In this document: positions 20,032 through 29,401 of the stretch, piece by piece
Layout of the letters: each line of letters starts with the position of its first letter
Numbering within the stretch: the first letter of the stretch is position 1
Source: Planctomycetota bacterium
Lineage (GTDB): Bacteria > Planctomycetota > Planctomycetia > Gemmatales > HRBIN36
Reading direction: 5' to 3'
NCBI GenBank assembly: GCA_014584395.1
Contig: JACTMY010000018.1
Coordinates: forward strand, 30,342 to 94,341
DNA: 64,000 nucleotides
Translations under genes and position numbers: made by a program
Notes under the pieces: model-generated
Seen by the model: the letters and a program-made list of their open reading frames with translations, nothing else
The model's database searches: none
Told to the model about the DNA's origin: nothing

Positions 20032-20408
20032 GCGAGGATGCATCGGCCCTGAAGGGGCCGTTCGGGGCGGTGGCGCGGGACAGGGACAGAGATGAACGAC
20101 CCTTTCAGGGTCGATAACCGCATGATCAATACGAACCCAGGGCTGCGCCCTGGGCTGGCGCTTGGGGCTTGTAATGCAGATTTCATATGCTTGCGTTTGG
20201 GTGATCGCGGCGCTGTAGAAAACACACTTAAGTGCTTGCTGTGTAAGGAAATAAGGTGAGCGTTTCACGCACCAACCCCCCTCCCGTGAAACGATCACTT
20301 TGAAGGTGTCACTATCAACGCATAGTCATGCGGTTTAGAGGTTTACGTCGAATGGCGACGACGATGGTGGACCATTTGATCTTTTCATGGGGAGGTTAGC
20401 GAAAATGG

Positions 20409-21152
20409 TTACGGCTCGAGTAGCAGCCTTTCGCCAGGCTTAAGGAAGTGAATCAAGGTATGGGGCGACCCTTGTCTGGTTCGTTCGACAAAGTCATCTA
20501 TGTTGATCGCCTGGTGATGGGCGAAGGTAGAATAGTGACATGGAATGGCCCAACGAGGCTGGATCATGGCCAGGGCCTTGGCGGCTTCGAGCGGCCCCAT
20601 GGTATAGCGTCCGCCCACGGGCAAGATCACCAGGTCGGGCCGATACAATTCCGCGAAGAGTTGCATGTCGGTGAAGACGCCGGTGTCGCCGGTAACATAC
20701 AGAGTGAACTCATCGGCGAACTTGAGAATGAATCCCGTGGCACCGCCGCCGGGTTCGAGGGTGCGGTCGACATAGAATTGCCGACCCTGAATGGCGGAGG
20801 TGTGCATCGACTGGACCATGGTGGCAGCCCATGCGCCGCTGCGGAAAGTCCCGCCGATGTTCAATGGATAACTCTGTTGATCGTAGGCAATGCCATGCCG
20901 CGCCGCGTAGCCGCAGAGTTCGGCCGAGGCGATCAGCTTGGCTCCGGTCCGCGAACAAATGGGAATCGCATCGGCAAAATGGTCGCGATGGCCATGGGTG
21001 ACACAAACAAAGTCAGCGGCTTGGATGTCCTCGAGCCGGAACGGGCAGACCGGGTTGCCGCTGAGCCAAGGGTCGATGAGGACGGTGCCGCTGGAAGGAT
21101 GATCCAAGAGGAAGCTGGCATGTCCGAGAAACTGAATGTTCATCGCTGCCAT
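20409..21152 (-). CDS. Metallo-beta-lactamase-fold metal-dependent hydrolase (UPF0173-like)
   Basis: MNIQFLGHASF... N-terminus and the THGHRDH (H-x-H-x-D-H) motif. Confidence 0.8.
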   Translation of the reverse strand: MAAMNIQFLGHASFLLDHPSSGTVLIDPWLSGNPVCPFRLEDIQAADFVCVTHGHRDHFADAIPICSRTGAKLIASAELCGYAARHGIAYDQQSYPLNIGGTFRSGAWAATMVQSMHTSAIQGRQFYVDRTLEPGGGATGFILKFADEFTLYVTGDTGVFTDMQLFAELYRPDLVILPVGGRYTMGPLEAAKALAMIQPRWAIPCHYSTFAHHQAINIDDFVERTRQGSPHTLIHFLKPGERLLLEP

Positions 21153-21195
21153 GGAATACCACTCCTTTCAGATCGAGCCCCGAGGAAGCTTCGCT

Positions 21196-22002
21196 TCATG
21201 CAGAAGCTGAGAGGTCAACTTCACGGATCATGACGCGCCGGATGGAGCGGGCCTTGCCCGAGTCGTCGTCGAGATCAATGATGACGCCAGCCAGTCGCGG
21301 GTCCCCCGTGGCCACGTCGAACGAGGTGGGCACGAAGGTCCGATTCGTGTGGAGGACGCGGTCATAGCGGCGCCCCAGAACGCCATCATATGGTCCGGTC
21401 ATGCCTACGTCGGTGATGTACGCCGTGCCGCCCGGAAGGATCTGCTCATCGGCGGTGGCGACGTGGGTATGGGTGCCGATGACGGCGCTGACCCGGCCAT
21501 CGAGGAAGCGTCCCAGCATGATCTTGTCGGCCGTGGCTTCAGCGTGCACGTCTACCAGGATATGGCGGGTCTGAGAATGAAGCTGCTCCAGGGCCTGGTC
21601 GAGAGCGGCAAAGGGACAGTCCACGTGCCGCATGAAGGAGCGTCCCATGACCGACAACACAGCTAGTTTATTTCCCTCCGGAAGCGGAACCCACGCCACC
21701 GTTTTCCCAGGAGACACATCGGGAAAATTGAGCGGTCTGCAAATGGGTTCTGTTTCAACCGCCAGCAGCTTGATGATCTCTTGCTTTTTGTAGATGTGAT
21801 CGCCAAGGGTCACGGCATCCACGCCGGCCTGGCGCAATTGACGATACAGGTTGGGAGTCAACCCGGTGCCGTCGCTGGCGTTCTCGGCATTGACGACGAC
21901 GGCATTCAATGCTTGGGTTTGCCGGAGCCGCGGTATCGCCAGCCGGGTGATTTTCATGCCCGGGTCGCCGACGATGTCACCCACAAAGAGAAGGTTGGCC
22001 AT
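21196..22002 (-). CDS. ymdB: YmdB-family metallophosphoesterase (2',3'-cyclic-nucleotide phosphodiesterase-like)
   Basis: LFVGDIVG, GDH, GTHTHV motifs, ~265 aa, immediately downstream of RNase Y as in Bacillus. Confidence 0.8.
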   Translation of the reverse strand: MANLLFVGDIVGDPGMKITRLAIPRLRQTQALNAVVVNAENASDGTGLTPNLYRQLRQAGVDAVTLGDHIYKKQEIIKLLAVETEPICRPLNFPDVSPGKTVAWVPLPEGNKLAVLSVMGRSFMRHVDCPFAALDQALEQLHSQTRHILVDVHAEATADKIMLGRFLDGRVSAVIGTHTHVATADEQILPGGTAYITDVGMTGPYDGVLGRRYDRVLHTNRTFVPTSFDVATGDPRLAGVIIDLDDDSGKARSIRRVMIREVDLSASA

Positions 22003-22037
22003 GCCACGATCCTTGGACGGTCAAGAATCCATCAACG

Positions 22038-23615
22038 TTATCGAGCGAAATCGACGGCCCGCGTTTCCCGCACGACAGTGACTTTGATTTCGCCAGGATA
22101 GGTCAATTGTTCCTCGATAGCCTTGGCGATGTCGCGGCACACCTTGGTGGCTTCAGCGTCGTTCAGGCGTTGGGAATCGGCGATGACTCGAATCTCGCGC
22201 CCCGCTTGAATGGCGTAGACCTGATCGACGCCAGGGAAGCCGGAAGCCAAGGCTTCCAACTCCTCAAGCCGCTTGACGTACTTTTCCAAGGTTTCGCGGC
22301 GTGCTCCGGGTCTGGCGGCGGAGATGGCATCGGCCGAGGCGACCAAGACGGTATAAATGTGATCGATGCGAATGTCGTCGTGATGGCCGATGATAGCGTG
22401 CAGCACGTGAGGATTGTTTTCACCGTACCGTTTGGCGAGTTCAGCACCAATTTGTGGATGCCCTCCTTCCATCTCGTGGTCGGCGGCCTTGCCGATGTCA
22501 TGAAGCAAGCCACACCGCCGGGCCAACTTGCCATCGAGTCCCAACTCCTCGGCCATTAAGCCGCACAGATGGGAAACCTCGAGGCTGTGTTGCAAAACGT
22601 TCTGGCTATAGCTGGTGCGGAACTTCAGGCGGCCAAGAAGCTGCACCAGTTTGTCGTGCAGGTGGCCGATGTTGGCATCCATGACAGCCGCCTTGCCGAC
22701 CTCAAGGATGTTCTTCTCCATTTCCTCCCGAGTTTCGTTGACGATCTCCTCGATTCTCGTGGGATGAATGCGGCCATCTTGAATCAACTTTTGCAGCGAG
22801 ACTTTCGCGATTTCGCGGCGCACATTGTCAAAGGCACTCACGACCACCACCCCGGGAGTATCATCGACGATGACATCCACGCCGGTGCATTTTTCAAAGG
22901 TGCGAATGTTGCGGCCCTCGCGGCCAATGATGCGGCCTTTCATGTCATCGGTGGGGATGTCCACGGTGCTGACGGTCGTCTCGGCCGTGTGGCCTGAAGC
23001 ATAGCGTTGGATGGCTGTCGCCAGGACTTCGCGAGCTTTTTCTTCCGATCGGGATTTGACGAGTTCCTCGTGCTTTTGCAATCGGGTGCCGATCTCGGCG
23101 GCCAATTCATTTTCGATTCTCTGGAAGAGCAACGCTTGGGCCTGGTCGCGATTCAGGCCCGAGATTTCATGCAATTTTTGCGCTTGTGCCTGAATTTGCT
23201 CCTCGATTTCCTTGGCCTTTTTCTGCAGCAGTTCGCGCCGTTCGAGGAGTTTCTTCTGCGTATGCTCCAGGGAGCGCTCCTTGCGGAGCAGAAGTTGGTG
23301 TTGCTTCTCGAGGGACTCCTCCCGATTTTCCAGTTTGCGTTCCTGCTCTCTCAACTCGCCGCGCGCCGCATTGATTTCCTGGTTGAACTCTTCGCGTTTC
23401 TTGAAAATTTCATCTCGAGCCTGCTGCTCCAATTCCTTGGCGCGGATTTCCGCTTGCCGCTGCAAGTTTTCAGCGTCTCTCTTGGATTGGGCGATGAGGA
23501 TGTCGCCTTGTTTTTGAATCCCCAGGCGGCGATTCTTTTCCATCAAGCGGGTGACAATGAAGCCGATCACCATCCCGACCATGAACGCGAGGCCGGCGGC
23601 TAAATAAGTTTCCAT
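22038..23615 (-). CDS. rny: Ribonuclease Y
   Basis: N-terminal TM ([21 protein letters not shown]), long charged coiled coil, KH ([15 protein letters not shown]), HD (LLHDIGKA). Start set at ATG 23615; the track start 23660 adds 15 non-conserved residues. Confidence 0.9.
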   Translation of the reverse strand: METYLAAGLAFMVGMVIGFIVTRLMEKNRRLGIQKQGDILIAQSKRDAENLQRQAEIRAKELEQQARDEIFKKREEFNQEINAARGELREQERKLENREESLEKQHQLLLRKERSLEHTQKKLLERRELLQKKAKEIEEQIQAQAQKLHEISGLNRDQAQALLFQRIENELAAEIGTRLQKHEELVKSRSEEKAREVLATAIQRYASGHTAETTVSTVDIPTDDMKGRIIGREGRNIRTFEKCTGVDVIVDDTPGVVVVSAFDNVRREIAKVSLQKLIQDGRIHPTRIEEIVNETREEMEKNILEVGKAAVMDANIGHLHDKLVQLLGRLKFRTSYSQNVLQHSLEVSHLCGLMAEELGLDGKLARRCGLLHDIGKAADHEMEGGHPQIGAELAKRYGENNPHVLHAIIGHHDDIRIDHIYTVLVASADAISAARPGARRETLEKYVKRLEELEALASGFPGVDQVYAIQAGREIRVIADSQRLNDAEATKVCRDIAKAIEEQLTYPGEIKVTVVRETRAVDFAR

Positions 23616-23719
23616 GAAGGGGGCCTGCCTTTCAGTCCAAGTCCGCGACGAACGTGCCATTCGTCCAATTGCGGACCCGCAGCAGGTATGAAATGTGGGC
23701 GGATTTGAACAACCTTGAA

Positions 23720-24043
23720 CTAGGAGGATGATTCCACGCTCGACAATCCTATATCAAGGACGAACCAGGACCGAAAGCCTCCATCTCCTGAAACAGAAAA
23801 ATCTGGATAGTCCTCCAGATTTTGATCAGGTTTGATCGATGCCTTTCCGCGGCATGAGAGGTCCCGTTCACAAGCGTCGGCACAGAACGGCACATGGACC
23901 GAAAGCAATCTTTCCGTCCTGATGGTCAATGGCGTGTCCATGTCCAATCGCGGAGGGGCTGACTCGTCAATGGCGGCCATGCCCATCCATCCGAGGATCA
24001 AACACGCAAACCACAATGTGCCGATCTGGGTAATCAAAGCCAT
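23720..24043 (-). CDS. Hypothetical small membrane protein (weak call)
   Basis: 107-aa ORF with one N-terminal hydrophobic helix in an otherwise empty ~700-bp spacer. No motif or SD recognised. Confidence 0.2.
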   Translation of the reverse strand: MALITQIGTLWFACLILGWMGMAAIDESAPPRLDMDTPLTIRTERLLSVHVPFCADACERDLSCRGKASIKPDQNLEDYPDFSVSGDGGFRSWFVLDIGLSSVESSS

Positions 24044-24356
24044 ACTTGAGTTAAGGTAGCATCTAAAGGTGAAACCGTGATCGACCCGTTAGTGGTCATC
24101 AAGGATTCAACCTTTATCCGGCCCGCTAGCCCTGCTGAGGAACAGCAATGGTGACGGACTTTGCAATATATACTCAACTCGCGGAAGCAGCTTTGCTCTT
24201 TCAAGCTGAATTGGGGTAAGCCATTACAGCTCGCCACAAACTCCCGCGAAACCATAATTTGATCTTAACGGTCCATTCATTCGACTGCAACAAGAAATGT
24301 TCATGAGTATACTTTCCCCGACTCTTGCATCACGCCGCCTAGGGAGTTAAACGTCC

Positions 24357-26096
24357 ATGGAAACCATCATCCCAGTCACCGTCGCAACACTGGCCAGACG
24401 AATCAGGGTAGCATTGGGGCAAGAACCCGCCGACGTTGTCTTGAAAGGCGGACAGGTCGTCGACGTCTTCACGCAAACGGTCCGCCCCGCGAATGTGGCC
24501 ATGGTCGACGGCGTCATCGCCGGAGTCGGTCCTTTTGAATGGCATGCAACCCAGACTTGGGACATAACAGGGCAATTTGTTCTTCCGGGCTTGATCGACG
24601 CTCATATTCACGTTGAAAGCACCTTATTGATGCCCGGGGAATTAGCCCGGCTGATCGTCCCCAGGGGAACGCTGACTTTGATCGCTGATCCTCATGAAAT
24701 CGCCAATGTCATGGGGGTGAAAGGGATCGAGTTGTTGATTGATGCCAGCCGGGACTTGCCCTTGGACTTGTTCTTCATGGCATCGTCGTGTGTCCCAGCA
24801 TCTCGATGGGAAGAGTCCGGAGCCTTCCTCGAAGCCGAGGACATCCAAATATTGCTGCAACGACCGGAAATCCTTGGCCTGGCGGAAATGATGAATTACC
24901 CGGCCATTTTGCACGGTGAAGCCAAAGTCCTGGATAAAGTCGTCAAGGTATGGAATCTGCGCCGGGCCGTGGATGGCCATGCGCCGCTGCTTTCAGGTCG
25001 TGAATTGCAGGCCTATGTGGCAGCAGGCATGCGTTCGGATCATGAATCAAGCCAGATCGAAGAGGCTCGAGCTAAAGCGGAATTGGGCATGATGATTCAG
25101 GTTCGGGAAGGGTCGGCCGAGCATAATCTCCATGATCTGATGCCGCTCATCCTGGAAGATCGACTTGGCGATTGGTGCCTGGCCAGTGATGACCTTTTTC
25201 CAAATGATCTGGTCGCGCATGGTCATCTTGATCGGCTGTTGCGGCAGCTTGTCGAGGCCGGCGTTCCCCCAGCGCGCGCGGTGCGACATGCGAGCTTGAT
25301 CCCGGCCCGGCATTACGGTTTGCACGACCGAGGCGCCGTAGCGCCGAGTTATCGGGCTGATTTGTGGGTCGTGAAGGATCTCCAAAGCTTCACACCGAAA
25401 CTGGTTTTCAAGCATGGTCAATGCGTGGCCCAAGAAGGGCGTTATTGGGGCCAGGGAGCCGCGAAGTCTCAAACCTGGCAGAACACCATCAACCTGCCGC
25501 CGCTTTCTGAGGAACATTTTGTATGCCGATTGCGTTCAACGCAGGCCCCGGTGATTGGCATCATTCCTGGACAGATCATCACTCGACATGAGGTCCATGA
25601 CATTCCGCAGGCTCAAGGGTGCTTTCAATTCAACCCCGCCGTGGACATTCAACTCATGGCCAATATCGAACGGCATGGACAGAGCGGAAAGCTAGGCCTT
25701 GGGTTTGTTCGTGGCTTCGGTCTGCGGCGCCGCGGGGCCATGGCGACCTCCGTCGGACACGACGCCCATAACGTGATCGTCATGGGGACCGATCCCGCTT
25801 CCATGTTGGCCGCCACTCGCGCCCTCGAGGAGATGGGAGGCGGCTTTGTCGTGGTGGATGGGGTGAATCTCGCGGCCCGCTTGCGACTGCCCGTGGCTGG
25901 ATTGCTCACGGATGAGCCGGCCCATCAGGTTTGCGAACATCTCGAAGAGTTGCATCGTGCTTCGAGCGCGCTGGGCTGTCCCCTGCCATCGCCGTTTGGC
26001 ATCTTGTCCTTTATGGCCTTGTCCGTTATCCCCGAGTTGCGGATCACGACGCATGGCATTCTCGACGTGATGCAGCAGCGCATCGTGTCGATCTAG
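24357..26096 (+). CDS. ade: Adenine deaminase
   Basis: GLIDAHIHVES amidohydrolase metal motif and overall ~580-aa adenine deaminase layout. AGGGAG lies upstream of ATG 24357. Confidence 0.85.
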   Translation: METIIPVTVATLARRIRVALGQEPADVVLKGGQVVDVFTQTVRPANVAMVDGVIAGVGPFEWHATQTWDITGQFVLPGLIDAHIHVESTLLMPGELARLIVPRGTLTLIADPHEIANVMGVKGIELLIDASRDLPLDLFFMASSCVPASRWEESGAFLEAEDIQILLQRPEILGLAEMMNYPAILHGEAKVLDKVVKVWNLRRAVDGHAPLLSGRELQAYVAAGMRSDHESSQIEEARAKAELGMMIQVREGSAEHNLHDLMPLILEDRLGDWCLASDDLFPNDLVAHGHLDRLLRQLVEAGVPPARAVRHASLIPARHYGLHDRGAVAPSYRADLWVVKDLQSFTPKLVFKHGQCVAQEGRYWGQGAAKSQTWQNTINLPPLSEEHFVCRLRSTQAPVIGIIPGQIITRHEVHDIPQAQGCFQFNPAVDIQLMANIERHGQSGKLGLGFVRGFGLRRRGAMATSVGHDAHNVIVMGTDPASMLAATRALEEMGGGFVVVDGVNLAARLRLPVAGLLTDEPAHQVCEHLEELHRASSALGCPLPSPFGILSFMALSVIPELRITTHGILDVMQQRIVSI

Positions 26097-26124
26097 TGTC
26101 GTTCGACAGGGCTGCCATGCCAAC

Positions 26125-29100
26125 TCACTCCGGCAGGGACAGCAGATAGATTGTCCCGTTGCCGTTAGCGGTGGCTGCTTGCTTGCCGTGAGGCAAAAAA
26201 GTTAGATGATGGACGGGCTGATCCAAGTTCCATTCGCGCAGCAGCTTACCATTTGCCAGGTTCCAACATTTGACGGATCGATCCGAAGAGTAAGTCAGCA
26301 GTCGCTTGCCCGAATTCTCCAAGGTTAGTCCCACGAATCCATCTCCTGGATCCGAGTGCGCATCCCAGGAACGCACGACCTTGCCGCTGTCGATGTCCCA
26401 GATCATGACTTTTAAGTTCTTGTCCACGACGGCGGCTAACAGGATCGACTTTTCATCCGGGGTCACCGCCACATCCCGGATGCTGGCATTTTCAATGATC
26501 TGAGGTTCTTCTTGTTTGTCCGTTTTAAGGTTTAACCATTTCAGTTCGTTGTTGAAGGCGGCCGCGGCTAATTGGCCATCCGCAGAAAGTGCGAGACACG
26601 AACAAGGTTGGTCCATCAATTTGAATGACTTGATCAGCGCTCCCTTATCCACGTCCCAAAGATGCAATTGCCGGTCGCTCCAACTGATGGCTTGCCGCCC
26701 CTCCTCGATAAAGTGCAAAATCGGATGGCTCCGCGTGAACGGCTGAAAAACCCTGATTTCCTTGCCGGTTTCCAGATCCCACAGCTTGATCTGCTGATCT
26801 TTCCCGGATGACAGCAGATGCTTGCCATCAGGACTAAAAGCTAACGCCACCACTCCCTCGGCGTGGCCTTCCAACAGGCGTACTTCCTTGCCGGTTTCGG
26901 CGTGCCAAAGGCGAATGACGGCTTCCTCGCCCCCCGAGGCCAGCCATGGCCCCTTGGGACTGGCGGCCACAAAATGAATGGCACGGCTATGGCCATAGCG
27001 CGGTTGCCAGTCCGTGCTGCCGATGTCCCATATCTTGATCAGACGATCCACACCGGCCGAATAGACGCGATTGCCATCTGGACTGAAAATGGCTGACGCA
27101 ACCCAATCCTCGTGACCTCGAAGCACGCGCAGTTCCGAACCGCTCATGGCGTCCCAAATACGGATCGTTCGATCACTTCCCGCGGATATGAGGTGCTTTC
27201 CATTGGGGCTGAATTCGAGAGAGCTGACGGGTCCTTGGTGGCCGAGCAGCGTTCGCTTGGTTTCCATGTTTTTCGTATTGACCAATAAGATTTGACTGTC
27301 CGCCGTGGCAATGGCCAAGTTGGTTTCATGCCACGCCAGTGCGCTGACCGGACTGCCCATGGCGGTCACGGTGGCGAGCAGTTTGCCCGTCGTGGCGTCC
27401 CATATATGCACCTTCGAATCACCACCGGCCGCGGCAACCTCCAAACCATCCGTGGACCAAGCCACGGACGTCACCACCGTGCTCATCGGTCCAAGGTTGG
27501 TTTCCGCTTTGCCCGTGGCGATGGACCATATTTTGACTGTGCGATCCGCAGCGCCGGACAACAAGCGTTTGCCATCGGGAGAGTAAACCAGGGCCGTGAT
27601 CGGGGCCGTGTGGCCTTCCAGCTTGTTCTCCTCCAAAGCCGCGGCAGGGTTCCAAAGGCGAATGGTTTTATCGCCCGCTCCAGAGGCCAATTGTTGACCA
27701 TCGGGTCGATAAGCGGCCACCGTCACGGGTGCGTCGTGCCCTTTCAACGTGTGTTCTTCCTTACCGGTGGCGGGGTTCCACAGCCGCAGCGTACGGTCGG
27801 CGCTGGCGGAAACGATCTGACGGCCATCGCGACGAACGGCCAAGGACCAAATGGGGCCGTCATGTCCTTTGAGGTCCACGGGCAGTTTCAATTGACTGCG
27901 ATCCCACAAGCGAATCGTTTGATCGGCGCTGGCGGAAACGACAAATTGTTGATCGGGAGAAAAGGCCAACCCGCGAACTTCTTCCGCATGCCCCTGATAA
28001 CTGCGCAGCGGCAGCCTGGTTTCCAGGTCCCAAACAATGACCGAGGGATCTTGCTTGGAACCGCCGCTGGCGAGCTTTTTGCCGTCCGGGCTGAAGGCCA
28101 AGGATCGAATGCCACCAGAATGACCGGTCAATCGGAAGCGCGTTTCCGAGGTATTGCCCGCCAAGATCATGATCTGACTGCTCCGCGGCGATTCACCACG
28201 TAAATCACCAGCCACGGCCAGTGACTCACCATCGGAACTAAAGGCCAAGGCATAAAGAGGCAAGCGCATGGAAATCGGCTGTTTGGCCGCCGTGCCTCGC
28301 AGGGTCCAAAACTGCAACATACCGTCCGCGGATGCGGTTACAAACTGATTGCCATCGGGCCGAAAGGCCACCGCATAGACCAAGGCATTGATATTCCTGA
28401 TTCGGGTGGGAGTGGATTCCTTGGTCAGGTCCCAAAGAAACGTCTCTTGGTTGGCTCCTGTCGAAACCAATTTCGAGCCATCTGGGCTATAGGCTAAACT
28501 CGTCAAATAGCCGCTGTGTTGTTCGCTGATGCGGCGGCGGATTTTCTTCGTGGTCAGATCCCAAAGAATGATGTTGGCGTCCGAACCTCCTGAAGCCAAC
28601 TCCTGGCCATCAGGGCGCAAGGCCAAACAACGAATTTCCCCCTGATGGCCGCGCAGGACCTGCAGCGCTTTACCCGTGGCCAACTCCCAAAAGACAATCG
28701 TTTGATCGGCGCTCGCCGTCACCAGCGTCTTGCCATCGGGAAGAAAAAGACAAGCATTGACCTCGGCAGCATGGATCATTTTCGATTGGCCAATGACCTT
28801 GTCGACGTGCTCCGGCCATACGGGTGGCAGTGCGGGCAAATACCACCTGGCTCGATGCAGGGACAAGAGGGCTTGGTCCAGCCGATTCTGTTGAAGTGCC
28901 GTTTCTGCCTTTTTGAAATGCACATCCGCAAGTTCCATCAAATCCACGGAAAAGACGCGTTGTCCCTGATCCTTCAAAAGTTGCTCGCGCGCTTCTCGGA
29001 AAGAATGGATTTGCTGGCGGAACTGTTCTTGGTCATCTTGAGTCCATGCTCCCAAGCCGATGGGGATCAAAATCCCAACGCAGATACCATAAAACCATCG

Positions 29101-29163
29101 CAGCCAAGTGATCATGTCATTGCTCCGGACCGCCAAATCACTGCAGGCCCTTCGTTGCATCAA
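26125..29163 (-). CDS. Membrane-anchored WD40-repeat protein (~20 blades)
   Basis: N-terminal TM WLRWFYGICVGILIPIGLGAW, then about 20 units ending in I/V-x-L/I-W-D/N (e.g. IRLWD, VKIWS, IKLWD). Confidence 0.85.
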   Translation of the reverse strand: MMQRRACSDLAVRSNDMITWLRWFYGICVGILIPIGLGAWTQDDQEQFRQQIHSFREAREQLLKDQGQRVFSVDLMELADVHFKKAETALQQNRLDQALLSLHRARWYLPALPPVWPEHVDKVIGQSKMIHAAEVNACLFLPDGKTLVTASADQTIVFWELATGKALQVLRGHQGEIRCLALRPDGQELASGGSDANIILWDLTTKKIRRRISEQHSGYLTSLAYSPDGSKLVSTGANQETFLWDLTKESTPTRIRNINALVYAVAFRPDGNQFVTASADGMLQFWTLRGTAAKQPISMRLPLYALAFSSDGESLAVAGDLRGESPRSSQIMILAGNTSETRFRLTGHSGGIRSLAFSPDGKKLASGGSKQDPSVIVWDLETRLPLRSYQGHAEEVRGLAFSPDQQFVVSASADQTIRLWDRSQLKLPVDLKGHDGPIWSLAVRRDGRQIVSASADRTLRLWNPATGKEEHTLKGHDAPVTVAAYRPDGQQLASGAGDKTIRLWNPAAALEENKLEGHTAPITALVYSPDGKRLLSGAADRTVKIWSIATGKAETNLGPMSTVVTSVAWSTDGLEVAAAGGDSKVHIWDATTGKLLATVTAMGSPVSALAWHETNLAIATADSQILLVNTKNMETKRTLLGHQGPVSSLEFSPNGKHLISAGSDRTIRIWDAMSGSELRVLRGHEDWVASAIFSPDGNRVYSAGVDRLIKIWDIGSTDWQPRYGHSRAIHFVAASPKGPWLASGGEEAVIRLWHAETGKEVRLLEGHAEGVVALAFSPDGKHLLSSGKDQQIKLWDLETGKEIRVFQPFTRSHPILHFIEEGRQAISWSDRQLHLWDVDKGALIKSFKLMDQPCSCLALSADGQLAAAAFNNELKWLNLKTDKQEEPQIIENASIRDVAVTPDEKSILLAAVVDKNLKVMIWDIDSGKVVRSWDAHSDPGDGFVGLTLENSGKRLLTYSSDRSVKCWNLANGKLLREWNLDQPVHHLTFLPHGKQAATANGNGTIYLLSLPE

Positions 29164-29401
29164 ACCTAACCATCATACGTCTATTGTAACGCACGCGAAA
29201 CATTTGACCTCCACTTCAAGGAACGAAGAAACTAGGAATTGATAAGTCATGGGAAATGGGCCCTTTTGGTGATTTGCAATCATGACGGAGGTTGCAAGGA
29301 GCTTGGTAAGAAAAGGAATTAATTTCCTTGGCCCAGATTAGTCGATGAAGGCTATTGGGGCAAAATTGGAACTTTCAGGATGATGATTGGAATCTAGTCC
29401 C

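Noticed and set aside
19614-20408. Possible CRISPR array or IS element in the repeat-rich spacer
   Set aside because: Only two copies of the 23-nt motif are present, so there is no regular repeat-spacer series and there are no cas genes. I see no transposase ORF and no terminal inverted repeats bounding a coding unit. REP/MITE-like elements are the better description.
23661-24356. Purine riboswitch upstream of adenine deaminase in the ~700-bp spacer
   Set aside because: I could not find the conserved purine-riboswitch core (the UAUA...three-way junction pattern) by eye. This needs an Rfam scan to exclude it properly.
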